From NCBI GenBank assembly GCA_035308765.1, contig DATGGA010000021.1, positions 41,894 to 105,893 of the forward strand: DNA of 64,000 nucleotides, read 5' to 3'. The stretch is from Burkholderiales bacterium. Lineage in GTDB: Bacteria > Pseudomonadota > Gammaproteobacteria > Burkholderiales > SG8-39. Below the pieces are notes generated by a model that was given only the letters and a program-made list of their open reading frames with translations, was not told where the DNA came from and did not search any database. Shown one piece after another: positions 57,976 to 64,000 of the stretch (the first letter of the stretch is position 1; every line of letters starts with the position of its first letter). The position numbers and the translations under genes were made by a program.

Positions 57976-59171
57976 AGCGGCCGCTCGAAGGAATCACGGT
58001 CGTGGGTCTCGAACAGGTGATCGCGGGGCCGTTCTGCACGCGCCAGCTCGCCGATATGGGCGCGCGCGTGATCAAGATCGAACGCCGCGGCGGCGGCGAC
58101 GCCGCGCGCGGCTACGATCAGACGGTGCAGGGGATGTCCTCGCATTTTGTCTGGGTAAACCGGTCGAAGGAAAGTCTTTCGCTGGACGTAAAGCATCCGG
58201 GTGCGAAACCCGTGCTCGAGAAACTCCTTCGGCAAGCGGACGTCTTCGTCCAGAATCTCGCCCCCGGCGCTGCCGAGCGGCTCGGCCTGGGCGCGACAGA
58301 ACTACGGGCGAAATATCCACGGCTCGTCTGGTGCGGCATCTCCGGCTATGGTCCAGCGGGCCCCTATGCCGACAAGAAAGCCTACGACCTGCTGGTGCAA
58401 TGCGAAGCCGGGCTGCTCTCGGTGACCGGCACGCCGGAACAGCCGGCGAAGGCGGGCATCCCCGTGGCCGATATCGCCGCCGGCATGTATGCGTTCTCCG
58501 CGATCCTCGCCGCGCTGTTCCGGCGGCAGCGCGACGGCGCCGGCGCCACGCTCGACATCACCATGTTCGAGTCGCTCGGCGAATGGATGGGCTTCCCCGC
58601 CTATTTCACCGCCTATGGCGGCCAGGCGCCGGCCCGGAGCGGCGCGCACCACGCCACCATCGTGCCCTACGGCCCCTTCAGGGCGGGCGACGGCGGCACG
58701 GTGTTCCTGTCGATCCAGAACGAGCGCGAATTCGAGCGCTTCTGCGACGTCGTTCTTCTGAACCCGGCCCTGAAGACCGATGCGAGATTTTCCAGCGGCC
58801 CGGCAAGAGCGGCCAATCGCGACGCCACGCAGGCCGAAGTGGAAAAAATCTTCCTGAAGCTGAATTCCGGAGAGATACTCGACAGGCTCGAGACGGCGGG
58901 AATCGCCAATGCAAAACTGAATTCCATGCAGGAGTTCTGGGACCATCCTCAGCTGGAGGCGCGCGACCGCTGGCGCGAGGTGGGCTCGCCCGCGGGTCCG
59001 ATCGAGGCCACGAAGCCGCCGTTCAACCTGGACGGCTTCGAGCCGCGCATGGACGCGATACCGGCGCTGGGCGCACACAGCCGCGCGATACTTTCCGAAT
59101 TGGGCTTTGCCGCGGGAGAAATTCAGCAAATGGAGCAGTCAGGAGTCATCCGACAGGGAGAAAAGCCGTGA
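57972..59171 (+). CDS. Family III (CaiB/BaiF) CoA-transferase
   Basis: 399 aa from GTG 57972 (GTGA overlap). RPLEGITVVGLEQVIAGPFCTRQLADMGARVIKIE N-terminus is typical of the family. Confidence 0.9.
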   Translation: MKRPLEGITVVGLEQVIAGPFCTRQLADMGARVIKIERRGGGDAARGYDQTVQGMSSHFVWVNRSKESLSLDVKHPGAKPVLEKLLRQADVFVQNLAPGAAERLGLGATELRAKYPRLVWCGISGYGPAGPYADKKAYDLLVQCEAGLLSVTGTPEQPAKAGIPVADIAAGMYAFSAILAALFRRQRDGAGATLDITMFESLGEWMGFPAYFTAYGGQAPARSGAHHATIVPYGPFRAGDGGTVFLSIQNEREFERFCDVVLLNPALKTDARFSSGPARAANRDATQAEVEKIFLKLNSGEILDRLETAGIANAKLNSMQEFWDHPQLEARDRWREVGSPAGPIEATKPPFNLDGFEPRMDAIPALGAHSRAILSELGFAAGEIQQMEQSGVIRQGEKP

Positions 59172-59827
59172 ACCTCGAACTCTACTTCGCCCCCGGCGCC
59201 TGCTCGTTCGTGCCGCATGTGGCGCTCGAAGCGATCAAATCGGCCGCCGGCCAGGCCTTCGAGCCGAAACTCGTCAAGCTGCACCGGGGCGAACACCGGA
59301 CGCCCGAATATCTGGCGATGAACCCGAACGGCCAGGTGCCGGTGCTGGTGGTGGACGGCAAGCCGCTCACGCAGATCGTCGCCATCTGCGATTTCCTGGA
59401 CCGCAGCTTCCCCAAGGCGGGCCTGCTGCCCGCCGAACCCTGGGCGCGGACGCAGGCGCTGTCGCAACTGGCGTGGATGAACAACACCGTGCACCCGACT
59501 TTCACGCGCGTGTTCCGCACCGCCGAGTTCGCCGAAGGCGAGGCGGCGCAAGCGGAGGTGAAGAAAATGGCCCAGGCGCGCTTCCGCAAGCATCTGGAAC
59601 GGATCCAGGACTGGGCTGCCGGCGCGAGGCCGTATTGGCACGGCGAGCGCATCGCTTTCCATGACGCCTACGCCTTCACCTTGCTGCGCTGGGGCGGCTA
59701 CGCGGACATCGACCCCAAGTCGCTTCCGGGATACCTCGCCTACATCGAGCGCGTGATGCAGGCCCCGCCCGCTGCCGCCGCGATCGAGCGCGAGCGGGTC
59801 AAGCTGGACACCTACAAGGCCGCGTGA
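59168..59827 (+). CDS. Beta-class glutathione S-transferase
   Basis: 219 aa from GTG 59168 (GTGA overlap). LELYFAPGACSFVPHVALE (conserved Cys, compare E. coli GstA KPGACS). NPNGQVPVLV. Confidence 0.9.
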   Translation: MNLELYFAPGACSFVPHVALEAIKSAAGQAFEPKLVKLHRGEHRTPEYLAMNPNGQVPVLVVDGKPLTQIVAICDFLDRSFPKAGLLPAEPWARTQALSQLAWMNNTVHPTFTRVFRTAEFAEGEAAQAEVKKMAQARFRKHLERIQDWAAGARPYWHGERIAFHDAYAFTLLRWGGYADIDPKSLPGYLAYIERVMQAPPAAAAIERERVKLDTYKAA

Positions 59828-59845
59828 GCAAAAGGGAGACGCACC

Positions 59846-60085
59846 ATGATCGACCAACAACTTTCCGCGCTGCTGGGTGACCTTGGCGTCGACCCGGCGA
59901 CGGTCGAGGCCGTCGCCACCGGCGCGATCTATCTCACGATTGTCAGCGTGGTCGCCGCCATCCCGACCGGCATCGTCGCCAGGCGCAAGGGCAGATCCGT
60001 AAGCGGCTGGGTCATTTTCGCGCTGTGCGTCCCGCTGCTGCCATGGTTGATCGTCTGGCTGCTGCCCAGCAGGAAAGGCAAATAG
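59846..60085 (+). CDS. Small two-TM membrane protein, unknown function
   Basis: 79 aa. Good RBS (AAGGGAG, 7 nt before the ATG). Two hydrophobic helices. Basic C-terminus. 18 nt after the GST gene. Confidence 0.5.
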   Translation: MIDQQLSALLGDLGVDPATVEAVATGAIYLTIVSVVAAIPTGIVARRKGRSVSGWVIFALCVPLLPWLIVWLLPSRKGK

Positions 60086-60106
60086 ACGGGGTCTGGGGAA
60101 AACCCC

Positions 60107-61231
60107 TCAGGACTTCTTGCTGACCTCGATGCCGGCCGCGCGGGCCAGGTCCTTGTGCACCCGGGCCACCCGCTCCACCTCGCCCTTGGCGGGGAAACGC
60201 TCGTAGAAGCCATCGTCGCGAAACTGCTTGCCGAGATCGCCCCAGGGCTTGAGGCGGTCTTCCCAGCGGGCGAGACGCCCCGCCTCCGGGCCGTCATCGG
60301 CGCGCGTAAGGTCGGCGCACACCCGGATCATCGCCTTGATGGTGACGGGGCGCGTGACCATGTAGCCTTCCTTGCCCCACACCGAGTCGCCGAAGCTGCT
60401 CTTCGCCGCCTTGAAGAAGTCGCGCACCATGCCGTAATAGCGTGGCACTTCCTTGGAGCTGCCGCCGGCGAGCTGGATCGAGCGCCACTTGCCGCGCACC
60501 CAGCGGTGCAGTTCGTTGAACAGTTCCGCCTGCAGCACCCACTTGTCGCGCTGGCTGCGCCCGCCCAGCCGGTTGATGCGGTAGCGCAGCGGGCTGTCGC
60601 CCTCGCTGTAGAGCTTTTCCACCAGGCGCGCGGCGAATTTGCGGTCCGGCGCCGCCCAGGACACCTGCTCGTAGAGATCGATCAGGTGGCTCTTGTTGAT
60701 CCGCGTCGGCGTCGAGTTGATGATGACGAACATCTCCGCGGCGAAATCCTCGCTGCGGCCGTCGAACACGACGCAGGGCACGCTGATGGTGGCCGCGTCC
60801 TGCGGCCGCTCCTGCATGTAGAAGTGCAGCGCGGCGAGCCGGTGCTGGCCGTCGATGATCAGGAACTTGGCGTTCGGATCGGACAGGTGGCCGTGTCCCG
60901 AGCCGTCGCCGTCGGCGCGGAAATTCAGCTTCTCGCTGGTATAGAGCAGCACGGTGCCGGGGATCGCCGGCTGCGATACCGCGGTTTCATAGAAATTGGT
61001 GAGCTGGCGCACCTTGGAGCGCGACAGCGCGCGCTGGAAAGCGGCGTCGTTGCGCTCGATCTTGGAGATGAACTGGGCGACATCGTCGTCCTGCGAGATG
61101 CGCGCGGCGGTAATCTCCTCGCCCTCGCCATAAAAGCGGCTGATGAAGCGCACTTTCGCGAGCAGGTCCTTCGCCTTGTAGCCGACGAAGTAGAAGATCC
61201 CGTCCTTCTGGCGAATCTGTGTCGCGTGCAT
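60107..61231 (-). CDS. DGQHR-domain (DndB-like, ParB/Srx superfamily) protein, solitary
   Basis: 374 aa after trimming to MHATQIRQKDGIFYF (ATG 61231, RBS GGGAGAGG). Motifs AAFQRAL...VRQL and FLIIDGQHRLAAL (the eponymous DGQHR). Confidence 0.85.
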   Translation of the reverse strand: MHATQIRQKDGIFYFVGYKAKDLLAKVRFISRFYGEGEEITAARISQDDDVAQFISKIERNDAAFQRALSRSKVRQLTNFYETAVSQPAIPGTVLLYTSEKLNFRADGDGSGHGHLSDPNAKFLIIDGQHRLAALHFYMQERPQDAATISVPCVVFDGRSEDFAAEMFVIINSTPTRINKSHLIDLYEQVSWAAPDRKFAARLVEKLYSEGDSPLRYRINRLGGRSQRDKWVLQAELFNELHRWVRGKWRSIQLAGGSSKEVPRYYGMVRDFFKAAKSSFGDSVWGKEGYMVTRPVTIKAMIRVCADLTRADDGPEAGRLARWEDRLKPWGDLGKQFRDDGFYERFPAKGEVERVARVHKDLARAAGIEVSKKS

Positions 61232-61300
61232 CGCCTCTCCCTGGGCCGGGCGCCCACCCTCCAGCAGGCGCTGCCGGGCGGAAATATACCCGGGAATAGG

Positions 61301-61325
61301 CCCCTTCGCAGCCGGCGCGAAGGGG
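61301..61325 (-). terminator. Hairpin after the DUF1223 gene (possible terminator isolating the DGQHR gene)
   Basis: CCCCTTCGC (61301-61309) / GCGAAGGGG (61317-61325), 9-bp perfect stem, 7-nt loop. The trailing U-tract is poor, so strength is uncertain. Confidence 0.4.
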
Positions 61326-61326
61326 T

Positions 61327-62100
61327 TCAGCCCGGACAGGCCGGGAGCATCAGGGCCTGCAGGACCTCGGAATTGGCGCGGTTTTGCACGAAAGCGGCCA
61401 CTCCGGAGTGCTCCGGGACCGCCTTGGGCAGCAGGGGCAGCGCATGGCGCTCGGCGACCCTGCCACCCTTGAATTCGAAGGGCCCGAGCCACTGCAGCAC
61501 CACATAGTCGTGCGGCAGCGTCTTGCCCCGGTTTTCACCTGCTTTGACCTCTGAAACGAGCTTGTTTTCATAGGCGCCGAGGAACAGCGCGATATCGCCC
61601 TGTTGCGTTGCATCCACCAGCTCGGCGGCGGCCTGCACCTCGAAGGCACCCTTCTGCCCCGTGTCCAGCGTGAGCGAAATCCGCGCCTTTGCCGGACGGG
61701 TATTGATTTTCGCTACCGCCTGCTCGAACGTGCCAGACGAGCTCCAATCGCGGAAATCCTGCCCCTGCAGCAGCACCTGGGGGGTGTAGATCGCCGCAGC
61801 GCGCGCCAATTGGGCCATGCGGCGCTGGCGGGCCGAATACGCCTGGCGCGCGTACGGATCCTTCCAGCCGATGTAGTCCCAATAGTCCACGTGCAGGGCC
61901 ATCGGCACCACGCGGTCCGGTGCGAAGCCCCGGGGCCCGAGCGAAGACAGCCAGCGGTCCGCCGGCGGGCAGCTGTCGCAGCCCTCGGAGGTATAGAGCT
62001 CGACCAGGGCGATGGTCTTTTCCGGGGATTTGGCGCTGCATTGCACGGCTTGGGCCGTACCAAGGGACAGGGCCAAAACGGCAAATAGGAAGGGTCTCAT
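61327..62100 (-). CDS. DUF1223 domain protein (secreted, thioredoxin-like)
   Basis: 257 aa. Signal peptide. ELYTSEGCDSCPPAD and HVDYWDYIGWKD segments characteristic of DUF1223. Confidence 0.85.
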   Translation of the reverse strand: MRPFLFAVLALSLGTAQAVQCSAKSPEKTIALVELYTSEGCDSCPPADRWLSSLGPRGFAPDRVVPMALHVDYWDYIGWKDPYARQAYSARQRRMAQLARAAAIYTPQVLLQGQDFRDWSSSGTFEQAVAKINTRPAKARISLTLDTGQKGAFEVQAAAELVDATQQGDIALFLGAYENKLVSEVKAGENRGKTLPHDYVVLQWLGPFEFKGGRVAERHALPLLPKAVPEHSGVAAFVQNRANSEVLQALMLPACPG

Positions 62101-62161
62101 GGACGTAGGTCGAAACGACCCCTAATAGCTTACGCGCCCGGACTGATAATGGCGCCCCCGC

Positions 62162-63316
62162 ATGGTCAGCCACTTTCCCTACTTTCTCGCCTCTTTCACC
62201 TGGAATTACGGCCTGGGCATGACATGGCTGGTGGTGCCGCTGTACGCCTATTCCAAGGGCCTCTCGGGAGCCGAAATAGGGGTGCTGTTCTCCCTTCCCT
62301 CGATCGCCCAGCTCGTCATCAACCTGGTCGGAGGCGCCTACGTGGACCGCTTCGGTGGCCGGCGCATCATGCAGGCTTCTTCGGTGCTGCTGGCGGCTGG
62401 CGCCGCGGCCATGCCCTTCGCCACGGGCTTCGGCACGCTGTTCGCCGCGCAGCTGGTCCTGGTGCTCGCGCGCGCCACGTTCTGGCCGGCCAACTGGTCG
62501 ATCGCCGCCGAGCTCCCCGGCGCGCGTGGCGTCCAGGCCGGGAGGCTGAACGCGGTCAGCAGCCTGGGGCAGATCCTCGGCAACAGTTCCTGCGGTTTCA
62601 TCCTGGCGCTGGGCGGCTTCGGCGCCACGTTCGCGGTGCTCTCCTCGTTTGCGGTTGCGGCACTTCTCATCGGCCTGAATTCCCCGCAAAAGCCGCACGC
62701 CGCGCCGGCCGGGCAAAGCCTGTTCGGCAACTACAGGGTGCTGATCCGCATGCCGGTACTGTTCTACGGCGTTCTGTGCGCCTACCTGTCCGCATTGCCG
62801 TTTTCGCTGTCGATGTCGTTTTACCCGCTGCTCCTGCAGCAGCTGGGTTTTGGCGAGGAAGCCTCGGGCGTGCTGCTTGCCCTGCGCGCAGTCGGCGGCG
62901 TCGGCGCCGGATTGATCGTGGCGCGCTTCGTCCACACCGGGCCGGGCAGCCCCTGGCCGGTGATCGCCGGCGCCTTCGTTTCGGTCGGGGTCGGCCTGCA
63001 GCCCCTGTTCGGCCACTGGGCCGCGGTCGGCGCGTTCATGTTCGCCCTTGGCGTAGGCTCGGGCCTGATGACCATCTATTTCCAGGTCACCATGGCCGAG
63101 ATCGTCGAGCCGCGGATGCGCGGCTCGGCCATGGCGCTGGGCGGCGTGGGCTGGGGCACCTCGCACCTCAGCACGCCCCTTATCATGGGCTTCCTCGCTG
63201 ATCGTTACAGCCTCGCCGCCGGCTTCTATGTACTCGGCGCCCTGTCGCTGGTCGTGGTCGGCCTGGTCGCGCTGCTGCGCGGCTGGGCGTTCGCGCAAAC
63301 CAAGCTCGCCGCATGA
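62162..63316 (+). CDS. MFS transporter
   Basis: 384 aa, about 12 TM. MFS loop motif GGAYVDRFGGRRIM between TM2 and TM3. Confidence 0.88.
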   Translation: MVSHFPYFLASFTWNYGLGMTWLVVPLYAYSKGLSGAEIGVLFSLPSIAQLVINLVGGAYVDRFGGRRIMQASSVLLAAGAAAMPFATGFGTLFAAQLVLVLARATFWPANWSIAAELPGARGVQAGRLNAVSSLGQILGNSSCGFILALGGFGATFAVLSSFAVAALLIGLNSPQKPHAAPAGQSLFGNYRVLIRMPVLFYGVLCAYLSALPFSLSMSFYPLLLQQLGFGEEASGVLLALRAVGGVGAGLIVARFVHTGPGSPWPVIAGAFVSVGVGLQPLFGHWAAVGAFMFALGVGSGLMTIYFQVTMAEIVEPRMRGSAMALGGVGWGTSHLSTPLIMGFLADRYSLAAGFYVLGALSLVVVGLVALLRGWAFAQTKLAA

Positions 63317-64000
63317 AGCTCTCGATCCTCGACCAGTCCCCCATCATCTCGGGACACAGCGCCGCGCAGGCGATCGAAGAGACACTCAAGCTGGCGCGGC
63401 GCGCCGACGAGCTGGGCTTCTACCGCTACTGGCTGGCCGAGCACCACGCCATCGCCGCGCTCGCCGATCCCTGTCCGGAAATCCTGCTCGCGCGCCTGGG
63501 CTCGGAAACCAGGCGGATCCGCGTGGGCACGGGCGGCGTGCTGCTGCCCTACTACAGCGCCTTCAAGGTTGCCGAAATTTTCCGCATGCTGGAAGCGCTT
63601 TATCCGGGCCGGATCGATCTCGGCATCGGCCGCGCGCCGGGCGGCGACCAGCGCACCGCGCGCGCGGTCGGCGGTGGCGGGATGCCCACCGCCGAGGACT
63701 TCCCGGAGCAGGTCTGGGAACTGATCCACCACCTCGACGGCACGCTGCCCGACGGCCACCCGTTCAAGAAAGTTCGCGTGCAGCCGGAAGGCAAAACCGC
63801 CCCGGAACTCTGGCTGCTCGGCTCCTCGGAATACAGCGGCCTTCTGGCCGCGCAGCTGGGGGTGCGCTTCTCGTTCGCGCATTTCATCAACGCGCAGGGT
63901 GGCGACGTTGTCATGCGCGCCTACAAGGCCCGCTACCAGAGCTCGGGACGCGAGCCCCGGCCTCATACCTCGCTTTGCTGTTTTGTCATTTGCGCGGCAT
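63313..64000 (+). CDS. LLM-class (luciferase-like) flavin-dependent oxidoreductase, 3' end beyond window
   Basis: Own translation from ATG 63313 (ATGA overlap): MKLSILDQSPIISGHSAAQAIEETLKLARRADELGFYRYWLAEHH...GIGRAPGGD, typical of the YhbW/LLM family. Not in the track (no stop in window). Confidence 0.88.
   Translation, partial: MKLSILDQSPIISGHSAAQAIEETLKLARRADELGFYRYWLAEHHAIAALADPCPEILLARLGSETRRIRVGTGGVLLPYYSAFKVAEIFRMLEALYPGRIDLGIGRAPGGDQRTARAVGGGGMPTAEDFPEQVWELIHHLDGTLPDGHPFKKVRVQPEGKTAPELWLLGSSEYSGLLAAQLGVRFSFAHFINAQGGDVVMRAYKARYQSSGREPRPHTSLCCFVICAA

Noticed and set aside
61568-63298. 576-aa minus-strand ORF
   Set aside because: It is antisense to the MFS transporter and overlaps DUF1223, with a low-complexity basic translation. 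GC artefact.

Overview
GC-rich (roughly two-thirds G+C by eye, strong GC3 bias) chromosomal core segment. Its synteny looks betaproteobacterial, Burkholderiales/Rhodocyclales-like (inference from gene order and Bug-family proteins). I support about 64 protein genes. I saw no rRNA, tRNA, CRISPR array, IS element, integrase or prophage. Layout: (1) 1-4.9 kb: a BVMO fragment, ffh, ypjD and a CorC/CNNM transporter. (2) 5-12.6 kb: pilC-pilD-coaE-zapD-yacG plus a stand-alone degenerate EAL gene, then Nudix/ThiE, a DUF815 ATPase and argJ. (3) 12.6-35.2 kb: secA, an M23 peptidase, a DciA-like gene, and a complete minus-strand dcw cluster (mraZ-rsmH-ftsL-ftsI-murE-murF-mraY-murD-ftsW-murG-murC-murB-ddl-ftsQ-ftsA-ftsZ-lpxC). 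(4) 35.5-47.7 kb: scoAB, an ATPase-less MlaE/MCE/lipoprotein trio, an IlvD/Edd dehydratase, a GNAT, a LemA-TPM-TPM module, and Ldh2, Bug, HpcH-aldolase and 2-hydroxyacid-dehydrogenase genes. (5) 47.7-55.2 kb: a Fur-box-controlled iron island (bfr, bfd, hemP-tonB-exbB-exbD-FTR1 permease-TonB-dependent receptor-PKHD hydroxylase) and a second Bug gene. (6) 55.3-64 kb: VOC, SPFH/NfeD, a hydratase/CoA-transferase/GST operon, an orphan DGQHR (DndB-like) gene, DUF1223, an MFS transporter and a luciferase-like oxidoreductase. Many long track ORFs are antisense or out-of-frame GC artefacts, and several real genes had to be trimmed to conserved starts. I found no clear-cut new multi-gene system. The three best candidates for undescribed biology are the solitary DGQHR/ParB-superfamily gene with no modification or restriction partners, the TonB-ExbBD-FTR1-receptor-hydroxylase iron operon with no ABC transporter or periplasmic FTR1 partner, and the MlaE-MCE-lipoprotein module with no ATPase. 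Other sequence-level oddities: murE has no ATG/GTG/TTG start upstream of its conserved N-terminal domain, a promoter-like 11-mer is shared by two catabolic units, and the mraZ leader carries AAGTGG repeats. All functional calls rest on motif recognition by eye; no database search was run.
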